The position numbers and the translations under genes were made by a program. From contig CAVXEP010000004.1 of assembly GCA_963760795.1 (NCBI GenBank), forward strand, positions 230,233 through 294,232: 64,000 bases of DNA. Direction: 5' to 3'. Positions within the stretch are counted from its first letter, which is position 1. Each line of letters begins with the position of its first letter. This DNA is from an uncultured delta proteobacterium. GTDB lineage: Bacteria > Desulfobacterota > Binatia > UBA9968. The notes beneath the pieces are model-generated. The model was not told the origin of the DNA and made no database searches. It saw only the letters and a list, made by a program, of their open reading frames with translations. Positions 50,199-59,833 of this stretch are shown in pieces.

Positions 50199-51404
50199 AT
50201 GGCAACACCAACAGGACCGTTGACCGGCTACCGCGTGCTCGATCTGGGCGGGCCGCTGAGTCTGCACTGCACCAAGCTGCTCGCCGACATGGGCGCCGAT
50301 GTGATCAAGATCGAAGCGCCTGGCGGCGACGAGTCGCGCCGCGTGCCGCCGTTCAAAGATGACCAGCCGCATCCGGAAAAGAGTCTGTACTTTCTGCACT
50401 TCAATACCAACAAGCGCGGCATCACTCTCGACGTCGAGAAGCCCGACGGCCGCGCGATCCTACTCGAACTCTGCAAAAAAGCCGATGTCATCATCGAAAC
50501 CTATCGGCCGGCGCGCGCCAAGGAATTGGCTCTGACCTACGCAGATCTCAGCTCGGTGAATCCGAAATTGATCGTCGCCTCGATCACCCCCTTCGGCCAA
50601 AACGGACCATGGAAAGATTATAAAGCCAATGACATGGCCGGCATTGCGCTGGGCAACTTGCTTTATCTCGCCGGCGAGCCGGGCGAGCCACCGCTGCAAC
50701 CGCCGGGAGAAATCGCCTACGGCATGGCCTCGACCTACGGCGCCTTCGGCATCGCCGTGGCACTGTACCACCGGCTCGACGGCGGCAAAGGCCAGCACAT
50801 CGACGTGTCGATGCATGAATGCGGCGGCCATATCGCCGGCTATTTCATTCCCAACTACGGTTACACCGGCGACAAACCGGCGCGGGCATCGCGCAAAGGC
50901 GAGGAAACCGATCTCTACGATCCTTACAAGACCAAGAACGGCTACGCGCGCATTTTTATCATTCCCGTCGAACAATGGCGCCGCCTGGTCGAGTGGATGG
51001 GCAGCCCGCCGTCGATCTCCGGGCCGGAGTTCGAGAAGATGGCCTACCGGCGCAAACATCCCGAGATCGTCGTCGGCGCCGTCGCCGAATTCTGCGCAAA
51101 GTACACCAAGGAAGAACTTTACGAGGAAGGCCAGAAGCGCCGCATCGCCGTCACACCGATCAACACCGCCGGCGAATTCATCGAAATGGAACAGACCAAA
51201 GCGCGCGGCCTGTTCGTCGACATGGAACATCCGGTGGTCGGCAAATACAAACAATTCGGCCCAGTGCCGCGCTTGATGGAAACACCCGGCGGCATATTCC
51301 GCGCCGCGCCGCTGTTGGGCGAGCACAACCAGGAGATCTACGTGGGCGATCTCGGCATGACCAGCGACGACTTGGTCGCCCTGCAAGCCGAGGGTGTGAT
51401 CTGA
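50199..51404 (+). CDS. Class III CoA-transferase (subunit apparently lacking the catalytic Asp)
   Basis: KLLADMGADVIKIE, NTNKRGITLD, EIAYGMAS. Confidence 0.93.
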   Translation: MATPTGPLTGYRVLDLGGPLSLHCTKLLADMGADVIKIEAPGGDESRRVPPFKDDQPHPEKSLYFLHFNTNKRGITLDVEKPDGRAILLELCKKADVIIETYRPARAKELALTYADLSSVNPKLIVASITPFGQNGPWKDYKANDMAGIALGNLLYLAGEPGEPPLQPPGEIAYGMASTYGAFGIAVALYHRLDGGKGQHIDVSMHECGGHIAGYFIPNYGYTGDKPARASRKGEETDLYDPYKTKNGYARIFIIPVEQWRRLVEWMGSPPSISGPEFEKMAYRRKHPEIVVGAVAEFCAKYTKEELYEEGQKRRIAVTPINTAGEFIEMEQTKARGLFVDMEHPVVGKYKQFGPVPRLMETPGGIFRAAPLLGEHNQEIYVGDLGMTSDDLVALQAEGVI

Positions 51405-51424
51405 GCAAAAGTGAAATTGCGTGT

Positions 51425-51515
51425 TTCACCACGAAGGACACGAAGAGCACGAAGGTAAGACAAAGACGTACGCATCGATTCTTTTTTACTTTAACTTCGT
51501 GCCCTTCGTGGTGAA
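51425..51515. repeat. CACGAAG palindrome (empty)
   Basis: TTCACCACGAAGGACACGAAGAGCACGAAG ... CTTCGTGCCCTTCGTGGTGAA. Confidence 0.85.
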
Positions 51516-51544
51516 GAGTATCTTGCAATCTAAGGAACAACCCC

Positions 51545-52753
51545 ATGTCACAACTACCCCTTGAAGGCATTCGCGTCATCGAACTTACCACCGGCGCCGC
51601 CGGTCCCACCGTCGCCCGCGTGCTTTGTGAGTTTGGCGCGGAAGTGATCCGCTGCGAGACCCGTCTGCGCGGCGACGGCCATCGCGGCGAAGACCCCAAG
51701 CTGTGGAACAAGAAGCCCGACTTCATGAAGCTGCAACGCGGCAAGAAATCTTTCACGGTCAATATGTCGACGCCGAAAGGCCGCGAGCTGGTCAAGGAGC
51801 TGGTGAAAAAATCCGACGTGCTGGTGGAAAACTTCGGTCTGGGCATTTTAGAAAAGTGGGGCCTCAATTGGCCGGATCTGCAGATGATCAATCCGCGCAT
51901 GATCTTGATCCGCGTCAAAGGCATGGGTTGCTCCGGCCCCCACGCCGCCGACCTCACCTACGGTCCCAACGTCGGCAATACCATGGCGACAACCTACTTG
52001 TGGAACTATCCCGGCGCGACCACGGCGACCGCCGAGCCGCGCACGCAGCATCCCGACTTCATGGGCGGGGTCACCGGCGCCTTCGGTGTCGTCCTCGCTT
52101 TGATTGAAAGAAAAAAGAGCGGCCGCGGCCAATGGATCGACAACGCCCAGCAAGAGATCGGCGCCGCCTTGCTCGGACCGCGTTATCTCGAATACACCGT
52201 CAATAAGCGCGAGCCCCAGCCCGAAGGCAACCGCAGTCTCGTCGCCTCGCCCTACGGACCCTATCAATGCAAAGGCAATGATCGCTGGTGCGTGATCGCG
52301 GCCTACACGCAAGACGAGTGGGAACGCTTTGCCAACCTGCTGGAAAAATCCGGGCTCAAGCGCAGCGCCAATTTCGCCACCCACTGGCAACGCGTGCGCC
52401 ACAAAGACGAACTCGACAAGTGGGTGACCAGCTGGACCAGGCAGCATGATCCCTACGATATAATGGAGCTGGTCCAAAGCGTCGATGTCTGCGCCGCCGT
52501 GGTGCAAGACGTCGAAGATCAGTTCAAGAACGACAAGCAATACGCCGCCACCGGTTTTCTCGTCAATCTCACTGAGCCTGAAGCCGGCGATGTCGTAACT
52601 GAAAACGTCCCGATGCGCATGTCGCTGACACCGGGCAAAGTTCGCGGCGTCGCGCCGCTCATGGGCGAACACACCCATGAGATCGCCCGCAACCTGCTCG
52701 GTCTCAGTGACGCCGAAATCAAGAAATTGGACGAAGAGAAGGTGTTGTATTGA
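51545..52753 (+). CDS. Class III CoA-transferase
   Basis: PLEGIRVIEL, RGKKSFTVNM, HPDFMGG. Confidence 0.93.
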   Translation: MSQLPLEGIRVIELTTGAAGPTVARVLCEFGAEVIRCETRLRGDGHRGEDPKLWNKKPDFMKLQRGKKSFTVNMSTPKGRELVKELVKKSDVLVENFGLGILEKWGLNWPDLQMINPRMILIRVKGMGCSGPHAADLTYGPNVGNTMATTYLWNYPGATTATAEPRTQHPDFMGGVTGAFGVVLALIERKKSGRGQWIDNAQQEIGAALLGPRYLEYTVNKREPQPEGNRSLVASPYGPYQCKGNDRWCVIAAYTQDEWERFANLLEKSGLKRSANFATHWQRVRHKDELDKWVTSWTRQHDPYDIMELVQSVDVCAAVVQDVEDQFKNDKQYAATGFLVNLTEPEAGDVVTENVPMRMSLTPGKVRGVAPLMGEHTHEIARNLLGLSDAEIKKLDEEKVLY

Positions 52754-52756
52754 CCC

Positions 52757-52840
52757 GAGGTCGGCAGCCGGCGGTCAGAGGTCAGCATGCGCGAACGCGC
52801 GATCTGACTTCTGACTTCCGACCACGGACTTCTAACTCTG
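52757..52840. repeat. 7-bp-periodic GAGGTCA/CTGACTT palindrome
   Basis: GAGGTCGG..GGTCAGAGGTCAG ... CTGACTTCTGACTTCCGACC. Confidence 0.7.
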
Positions 52841-52861
52841 GCTACAAACAAGGAGGAACAC

Positions 52862-53704
52862 ATGGCCGAACCAGGACCCCTATGTATTTACGAGAAGCGC
52901 GATCCCCATATCGCGATCATCAAGCTCAATCGCCCGGAGAAAAAAAATGCCATCAGCCGCGACCTTTACTGGGCGCTCGATGAATGCTGGCAAAAAGCTA
53001 AAGCCGACGACGATGTCTGGTCAATTATCTTGACCGGAAGCGCAGATGCTTTTTGCGTCGGCGGCGACTTGAAGGAAAACATCGCCTTCGCCAGAGGTGA
53101 AATGACCGGTCCGCGCTCGGGCCCGCGCGGCTACTCCAGCCTGCGCCCGCTGCAAATGCACAAGCCGATCATCGCCGCCATCAACGGTTACGCGGTCGGC
53201 GGCGGCTTCAGTCTGGCGCTGTCCTGCCATATACGCTACTGCGTGCCGGCGTCGAAATTCGGCTGTTCCGAAGTGCGCTGGTCGCATTTGGCGGCGTGGC
53301 CGAGCTATATCTGCCAGCTGCCAACCGGTTGGGCTTACTGGTTCGCCCTCAGCGGCCAGATGGTCGATGCCGACACTGCGTTTCGTCTAGGGCTGGTGCA
53401 GAAAGTCTGCGAACCGGCCAAGCTATTGGACGACTGCATCGAATTAGCCACCACCATCAACCGCAACGGCCGGCTGATCGCCCAGCACACCGTGGAGTTC
53501 ATCGAAGACAAACTGCTCTACGAGATCCAGGGCTGGGAAAAGGGCTTCGAAGTGCACCGGGAATTCTACGCCCACCTGCGCAGCAGCAAAGACTACGACG
53601 AAGGCTCAGCCGCATTCTCCGAACGGCGCAAACCGGAATTCTCCCAACAGTACTACGACGAGAAAACCAAGCTGCCCGGAGTGCCGATCCCGGCCAAGAA
53701 GTAA
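52862..53704 (+). CDS. Enoyl-CoA hydratase/isomerase family
   Basis: LNRPEKKNAI, FCVGGDL, KPIIAAINGYAVGGG. Confidence 0.93.
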   Translation: MAEPGPLCIYEKRDPHIAIIKLNRPEKKNAISRDLYWALDECWQKAKADDDVWSIILTGSADAFCVGGDLKENIAFARGEMTGPRSGPRGYSSLRPLQMHKPIIAAINGYAVGGGFSLALSCHIRYCVPASKFGCSEVRWSHLAAWPSYICQLPTGWAYWFALSGQMVDADTAFRLGLVQKVCEPAKLLDDCIELATTINRNGRLIAQHTVEFIEDKLLYEIQGWEKGFEVHREFYAHLRSSKDYDEGSAAFSERRKPEFSQQYYDEKTKLPGVPIPAKK

Positions 53705-53744
53705 CTAGCAGAATCGCCAGTGCAAACGGCTGGAGCAATTGGAT

Positions 53745-53854
53745 GGTTCCAAACGTTCCAATTGTTCCAGCCGTTCCAATTGTTGCCGCCCTCGCCAATT
53801 ATGGCAAGTTCATCCGAATTTGGAACCCGTGGAACTGCTGGAACGACTGGAACC
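53745..53854. repeat. 9-bp-periodic GTTCCA/TGGAAC palindrome
   Basis: GTTCCAAACGTTCCAATTGTTCCAGCCGTTCCA ... TGGAACCCGTGGAACTGCTGGAACGACTGGAAC; solo arm at 58691-58733. Confidence 0.85.
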
Positions 53855-53865
53855 GAATCCGACTA

Positions 53866-54303
53866 CTACCCGTTGGCGAGTTCCTCAAAAGTTGACTCGG
53901 GCATGCCCGCCTTCCAAGTCGGATCGCGCAATTCCAAGCGATTGCCACTCGGATCGAAGAAATAAAGTTCCCTTCCGGTGAAAAAACCCTTCGCGCGGTA
54001 ATAAAGCCGGTCGATGGGAACTTTCTTCTCGGAAAAAACCTTGCACGCCTGCACCAGCGTCTCCGGCGTCACCGTGAATGAGTGATGCACGTTGGCTTCT
54101 TCCACGTGCGTTTTGTCGACGTTAGCCGAGCGCTCGCAGAGTAGGATGTTTTGGTCCGCGACATTGAAGCAAGACATGCCCGAATTGCCGAGCCGACCCA
54201 ACGGCTTAAGACCGAGAAGATCACCGTAGAACTTCTCTGACTCATCTAGGTTGTTCACCGGAATGGACCAGTGCGTGATTCCCTCTATTTTCAATAGTCC
54301 CAT
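53866..54303 (-). CDS. VOC family protein
   Basis: ITHWSIPV, HHSFTV, YFFDPSGNRLEL. Confidence 0.9.
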   Translation of the reverse strand: MGLLKIEGITHWSIPVNNLDESEKFYGDLLGLKPLGRLGNSGMSCFNVADQNILLCERSANVDKTHVEEANVHHSFTVTPETLVQACKVFSEKKVPIDRLYYRAKGFFTGRELYFFDPSGNRLELRDPTWKAGMPESTFEELANG

Positions 54304-54367
54304 AGAAACCTCCTTGTGTTATCGCCTATTTGCTCCAAGCGGTTCGATAATGTCAACCCCCAGCAAA

Positions 54368-54407
54368 TTGATCGATCGATCTCTTTGGTGTACACTTCAA
54401 GTGTACA
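54368..54407 (+). promoter_or_regulatory. TA promoter with overlapping operator palindrome
   Basis: TTGATC-17bp-TACACT; TGTACACTT-C-AAGTGTACA at 54389-54407. Confidence 0.7.
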
Positions 54408-54420
54408 TAAGGAGAGTATC

Positions 54421-54720
54421 GTGGGAAAAGAAAAAACCATGACTTTCGTGCAAGCGCGCTCCAAGCTTAGCGAGATCGTTGATCGGGTCGCTGAGCATGG
54501 CGACGCTTATGTCGTTTCCAAGCGACAAAAGCCGGTCGCGGTTATCATCGGCATTGACAGATACCGGGAGCTCTCGGGTCCATCGAAATATCTGAAGACA
54601 ATTCGGGGAAAACGAATCTTGAATCTTGAAGGGATCGCGACTGCCGTCGGCGACATCGATGAAGCCATTCGCGAACTGCGAAAGTCCCGGATCGACGCGG
54701 TTCTTAAGAGCTTCCCGTGA
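54421..54720 (+). CDS. Phd/YefM family antitoxin
   Basis: AAGGAG RBS; QARSKLSEIVDRV, SKRQKPVAVII. Confidence 0.88.
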   Translation: MGKEKTMTFVQARSKLSEIVDRVAEHGDAYVVSKRQKPVAVIIGIDRYRELSGPSKYLKTIRGKRILNLEGIATAVGDIDEAIRELRKSRIDAVLKSFP

Positions 54721-55118
54721 CCTTTATCACGGACACCCATCCCTTCGTCCATCACGTCACGGGGAAAAGAAATCGCCTAGGACACAGAGCCCGCCGTATA
54801 TTCGATTCAGTGAAACGTGGCCGGGACACTTTGATCGTGCCATTTACCGTACTCGAAGAAGTAATGCTTCTCTCCGAGATCGGCAGAATTCGACTTCCAC
54901 TTCCCTTCCGTGACTTCGTCATTTCACTTGGCCAAGCCGATAATTTCGATTTGGCCGTCAATGACACAGCGCTGCTACTCGAAGCCTCATCGTTCTCAAC
55001 CATCCGCGATCCCTACGACCGCCTGATAATCGCCCAAGCGAGGATAGCCGGCTTACCGCTAATTACGGCCGACGCAAGGATTCAGGAGTCAGGTCTCGTT
55101 CGCACCTTGTGGGACTAG
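54717..55118 (+). CDS. vapC: PIN-domain (VapC) toxin
   Basis: TDTH, RDPYDRLIIAQA, LITAD; 4-bp overlap with the antitoxin. Confidence 0.9.
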   Translation: MTFITDTHPFVHHVTGKRNRLGHRARRIFDSVKRGRDTLIVPFTVLEEVMLLSEIGRIRLPLPFRDFVISLGQADNFDLAVNDTALLLEASSFSTIRDPYDRLIIAQARIAGLPLITADARIQESGLVRTLWD

Positions 55119-55241
55119 AGTAACGACAACGTCCGGCACCGAACCAATATAACCACACTCGCATTGACATCGCTTGCTCCGCTGGGCGATATTGCGCGCC
55201 ATAGGTGAAGCTATATTGGCGTCGAAGCATGGAGGCGCACC

Positions 55242-56303
55242 ATGCTCCTAACGAATTCGAACTGTCGGCGATCACTGACACTGATAGTGTTGCTAATCTT
55301 TGGTTGGCATCCCCCGCGCTGTCGCAGGCGCCAGTTCTACCAGGGAAAGACTCTCACGATCCTGCAATCCTCCGACCCCGGCGACACCTCCGATACTATG
55401 GTGCGGGCGACGATTCCGGTGTTGAGAAAGCATATACCCGGCGAGCCAACCATCGCCTACCAATATATGCCCGGCGGCGGCGGCACCAAGGCCGCCAACC
55501 ATATTTTTCACAACACCAAGCCCGACGGACTCACCATCGGCCGCATCGGCGGCGGACTGGTCGCCAATGCCGCGCTGAAAGAGGTCGGGGTCCTTTACGA
55601 TCTCGACAAACTGATCTATCTGGGCTCCGCCCACAGCACCTACCACTGGGTTTTTATCACCCGGCGCGATGCCGGCTTTGCCAGCTTGGAAGCACTGCGC
55701 CAAGCGCCCGGAATACGCATCGGCGCCCAGGCGGTCGGCCATTCCAATTATTTCGTCGGCCGCCTGTTTGCTTGGCTGATCGGCCTGAAAGAACCGAAAA
55801 TGCTCGTCGGCTATTCTGGAAATGAGCAAGACATCGCGCTCGCCAGAGGTGAAATCGACGGTCGCGTAAACAATCCCGACACTTTGGTGCGGCGCAACGC
55901 CGATATGCTCGCCAAAGGCATGATCGACATCCACGCGATCATGGAAGTTCCGCGCGGACTAAAACAACCCGGCTTCGACCGCTTGCCGGAGATCGATGAG
56001 TTTGCCAAGACCGCCCGCGAGCGGCGGTTAACCTCAATGGTTCGCGCCTTCAGACAAGTCGGCTCGCCCTATATCCTGCCGCCGGGCACTCCCGTCGAGC
56101 AGTTAAAACTTCTGCGCCAAGCTTTTAGCAAAACTTTCAGCGACCCGGAATTTCACAAGGAATACAAAAAAATGGTCGGCGAAGAACCGACGCCGATATT
56201 GCCGGAAGAAATGGAAAAGCTGGTCAAAGATCTGCCGCGCGACCCGGAAATCATCGACCTGTTCAAGAAGATCAATGCCGCCGGCCCGTTGCCGCCGCGT
56301 TAA
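55242..56303 (+). CDS. Bug/TctC-like SBP
   Basis: FYQGKTLT, YMPGGGG, KPDGLT, GYSG. Confidence 0.88.
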   Translation: MLLTNSNCRRSLTLIVLLIFGWHPPRCRRRQFYQGKTLTILQSSDPGDTSDTMVRATIPVLRKHIPGEPTIAYQYMPGGGGTKAANHIFHNTKPDGLTIGRIGGGLVANAALKEVGVLYDLDKLIYLGSAHSTYHWVFITRRDAGFASLEALRQAPGIRIGAQAVGHSNYFVGRLFAWLIGLKEPKMLVGYSGNEQDIALARGEIDGRVNNPDTLVRRNADMLAKGMIDIHAIMEVPRGLKQPGFDRLPEIDEFAKTARERRLTSMVRAFRQVGSPYILPPGTPVEQLKLLRQAFSKTFSDPEFHKEYKKMVGEEPTPILPEEMEKLVKDLPRDPEIIDLFKKINAAGPLPPR

Positions 56304-56453
56304 ACGCCGCCAGTAATCGGGTTAACAAAGATTTAACTTATGCACTCGGCTGTGTTGAGTAATATTGATGGTGAAAAGGCTCCGTGTGTCTCCCGCGCCA
56401 CCCGAACGATTTGAACGGCATGAACGTTTTGAACGATTGGAGCTCTGGATCCC

Positions 56454-57176
56454 CTATCCGACCAGATGCCTGGCAAAAAAGTCCATCGCCTTGGGCCATG
56501 ACAGCGCCGCGGCGTGGGGCCGATAATTTCTCGAACCTGAGTTAACGAACGCGTGCGCCGCGCCGGCGTAGCTGTGAAATTCGTGCGGCTTGCCGAACTT
56601 GGTCAGCTCGGCGTCGAGTTTACGCATGTCGTCCGGCGACGGATTTTGATCGTCGGCGCCGAAGTGGCCCTGGATCGGACAATTGATTTCCCGTGTGCGA
56701 TCGAACGGTGTCGGTCCGGCTTCGCCGTAAGGCTCCATCGTGCTGCCGCCGTAAAACATCACTCCGGCTTTCAAGTCCTTGCTCGCCGCCGACATCAGAT
56801 AGACTAGCCGCCCGCCCATGCAGAAGCCGACGATGCCGAGCTTGCCGCCGTCGACCTGTTGGTGATTTTTTAGAAACCCGATGGCGCCTTCGATGTCGCG
56901 AATGATCGACGGATCGCGCAGGCGCGCCTTGCGCACGTCGTTGTCGTCTTTGCAGTCCGGTCCGTCGCGATGATATAGATTCGGCGCCACCGCCGCGTAG
57001 CCCACTTGGGCGAACATCTTGGTGGTATCCTTGATGAAGTCTTCCAAACCCGACCGCCCATGCACCACAACGATACCCGGCACGGTTCGCTCGCTCGCCG
57101 GCAAGTTTAAATAAAGCGGCATGTCGCTATTATCGACACGCACCGTTTCCCAACTATTAGCCATGGCTACCTCCAT
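56454..57176 (-). CDS. Dienelactone hydrolase family
   Basis: GFCMGG, HFGADD, AAHAF. Confidence 0.93.
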   Translation of the reverse strand: MEVAMANSWETVRVDNSDMPLYLNLPASERTVPGIVVVHGRSGLEDFIKDTTKMFAQVGYAAVAPNLYHRDGPDCKDDNDVRKARLRDPSIIRDIEGAIGFLKNHQQVDGGKLGIVGFCMGGRLVYLMSAASKDLKAGVMFYGGSTMEPYGEAGPTPFDRTREINCPIQGHFGADDQNPSPDDMRKLDAELTKFGKPHEFHSYAGAAHAFVNSGSRNYRPHAAALSWPKAMDFFARHLVG

Positions 57177-57242
57177 TCAACTCTGGTCACTTTTCTAATG
57201 AATCGAAGACCGCTCTGCAACCGGTTCCGCGATTCGATGCCT

Positions 57243-57266
57243 GGGCGACCGCCAGTCGCCCCGACG
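57243..57266. repeat. REP-like hairpin
   Basis: GGGCGAC-CGCCA-GTCGCCC-CGAC. Confidence 0.5.
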
Positions 57267-57369
57267 TAAGATGCCATACCAACAGTGATTGCCACCAATG
57301 CAGAAATGGTGATAAAACCACTGCGACAATCGAAAAGCGACCCAGTAGACAAAAATCGGAATTGACCAG

Positions 57370-58647
57370 ATGCTTTCCCAAGAAGAAAATAACCTAATCA
57401 CTCACACCGGCCCGGGCACGCCGGGAGGAAATTTGTTGCGGCGCCATTGGCACCCGGTGGCCCTCGTCGCAGAACTGCCGAGCGACGGCGCGCCGCTGCC
57501 GGTCAAGGTCATGAGCGAAGATCTGGTTCTGTTCCGCGGCAACGACGGCCAACTCGGCTTGATCGGCCAATACTGCTCGCACCGGCGCGCCGACTTGAGC
57601 TATGGCCGAGTCGAAGATGGCGGCCTGCGCTGCCTGTACCACGGCTGGTTGTTCGACCGTAAAGGCCGCTGCGTCGAGCAGCCTTGCGAGCCGCCGGACC
57701 GGCGCTTTTGCGAGAAAGTGCGCCATCCCGCCTACCCCTGCCAAGAGCGCGCTGGAGCTATCTTCGCCTACATGGGACCCGGCGAGCCGCCACTCCTGCC
57801 CAACTACGAACCGCTGGTGGCGCCGGCCGGCCATGTGCTGGCCTCCAAGTTCTATCATGAGTGCAATTTCTTTCAGGCCAACGAAGGCAATCTCGATCCG
57901 AGCCACGTCTCCTACTTGCACCGCCAGGCCAACGTGCCGGATAATTTGAAACGCACCGTCACCGGCAGCGACGGCAAGCTGCCTCTGGCGCTCTACGACG
58001 CCGACATGGCGCCGCGCATCGACGCTGAAGAGACCGATTATGGCGTGCGCATATTTTCCCTGCGCGATGTCGATGGGCGGACGTTTTTCCGCGTGACCAA
58101 CTACGTGTTTCCCAACAAGGCGACGATCCCGGGACCGATGTCAGGCGACGGCTACAATCTTTACTGGCATGTCCCCATCGACGACACGCACCATTGGCGC
58201 TACGACTTCGTGTTTCGCCGCAGCGCGCCCATGGAACAGCGCGACATCGAGCGCGATCGAGAAATCCTGGACGAGCTCGGCCCCGGCTACCGGCCTAAAC
58301 GCAACAAAAGCAATCGCTACCTGCAGGACCGCGAGGCAATGAAAACTTGGAGCTTTTCCGGCATGGGACGGATCTTCAACGTCCACGATGTCGCCATCGT
58401 CGAAGGCTGCGGCGAGATCGTCGACCGTAGCAAGGAATTCCTCGGCCCCAGCGACAAAGCCATCATCGTCGCGCGCCGCCAGCTCTTGCGCGCAATCCGC
58501 GACGTCGAAGCCGGCCGCGAAGGCCCGCATCTGATCCGCGAGCCCGACGCCAACCGTTTCCCGCAACTCACGGTCGAATCCGAAGTTCTCGCCCCCGGCG
58601 CCGACTGGCAGGAACACTGGAAGAAAAAGCTAACGACTCTAGTCTAG
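57370..58647 (+). CDS. Rieske oxygenase alpha subunit, phthalate 4,5-dioxygenase-like
   Basis: CSH...CLYHGW; EGNLDPSHVSYLH; HDVAIVE. Confidence 0.93.
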   Translation: MLSQEENNLITHTGPGTPGGNLLRRHWHPVALVAELPSDGAPLPVKVMSEDLVLFRGNDGQLGLIGQYCSHRRADLSYGRVEDGGLRCLYHGWLFDRKGRCVEQPCEPPDRRFCEKVRHPAYPCQERAGAIFAYMGPGEPPLLPNYEPLVAPAGHVLASKFYHECNFFQANEGNLDPSHVSYLHRQANVPDNLKRTVTGSDGKLPLALYDADMAPRIDAEETDYGVRIFSLRDVDGRTFFRVTNYVFPNKATIPGPMSGDGYNLYWHVPIDDTHHWRYDFVFRRSAPMEQRDIERDREILDELGPGYRPKRNKSNRYLQDREAMKTWSFSGMGRIFNVHDVAIVEGCGEIVDRSKEFLGPSDKAIIVARRQLLRAIRDVEAGREGPHLIREPDANRFPQLTVESEVLAPGADWQEHWKKKLTTLV

Positions 58648-58738
58648 GATGACTGGGATTAGATCAAAGCTCCGTTATCGTGCTCATGAATTGAACATCT
58701 GGAACTATTGGAACCTTTGGAACAATTGGAACCAATCT

Positions 58739-59714
58739 CTAAGGCTTCTCGGCCTTCAACTCCGCATTGATCTTCCGCGCCAAGCGCGAAATCGAAAAAT
58801 CGCCCAATTGAAACATCTTTACGTCCGACGCGCTCCAAAAGTGGACTCATTACTCGCTTTTGCAAATCGTCGTTGAGAATCCCTTCCGGCGTCAGCGCCG
58901 GTTTGACTAGATCATAAACCTTGCCCGCCAGATCTTCCGACGACCTGGCGTTGCGCGCCAGGATCGACACGGCGCCGCTGCGATTGGTCGAGTAGTAAAT
59001 CAGGCCGCGAATCGTCGCGCGAAGAAACTTCTCCACCAAGCTCGGATCCGATTTTAGCAAGCCGTCATGGGTCACGATGGCGCCCTGTAACTGGATGATA
59101 TCCGAAGCAATGAACGATATCAGTTCGCGAAAGCCCTGTTCCGCGGCGGTGATATTATGCGGAAAGGTCATCATCGCGGCGTCGACGACGCCGGTCGCCA
59201 GCGAACCCAGCCGGGTCGCAGTGGTGCCAATGGCGAGGATCGCCACTTCGCGATTTTCATCCATGCCGTTATTCTTGAGCCACTCGCGTAGCGCCGAGTC
59301 CCCCGCCGCGCCCAAGCTCGATACCGCGACCTTTTTCCCGCTCAGATCCTTGGCCGTGCGAATGGCCGGGCGCGCATAAAGCCAGAACATCGGCTTGTGG
59401 AAAGTGCTGAGCAACACCTTTACCGGCGCCCCTTGCAGACCCGCTTGCAGCGCCGCCGTCGGCACGGTGGTGAAATCGACATTGCCGGTGATCAACGCCT
59501 GGTTCGCCATGCCGCCGCGCATCAAGACGAAGTCGACTTCGAGCCCTTCCTTGTGAAAGTAGCCGCGGTCGCGCGCGACATAAAGCGCACTCTGGGTCAC
59601 GTCGACGACTGGAATACCCACCGACACCTTTCGCGCTTGGCAAGGCACCGCTGTGGCGAGCAGAAGCAACAAAACAACGAAAATCGTCATCAGGTTAATT
59701 TCCTTACACGGCAA
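58739..59714 (-). CDS. ABC transporter SBP, NitT/TauT family (frameshift near 58780)
   Basis: YVARDRGYFHKEGLEV, DLSGKKVAVSS; corrected tail ARKINAELKAEKP*. Confidence 0.88.
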
Positions 59715-59833
59715 AACATCGCCGGATGATACACGCTGGTTTAAGCCGGCTCAAGGTGTTGACGCACACGCTTGCGCACAGCCGCGGCGGGAATTATGAT
59801 CGACAACAATGTTAACCCAACCGGGTAACAACC

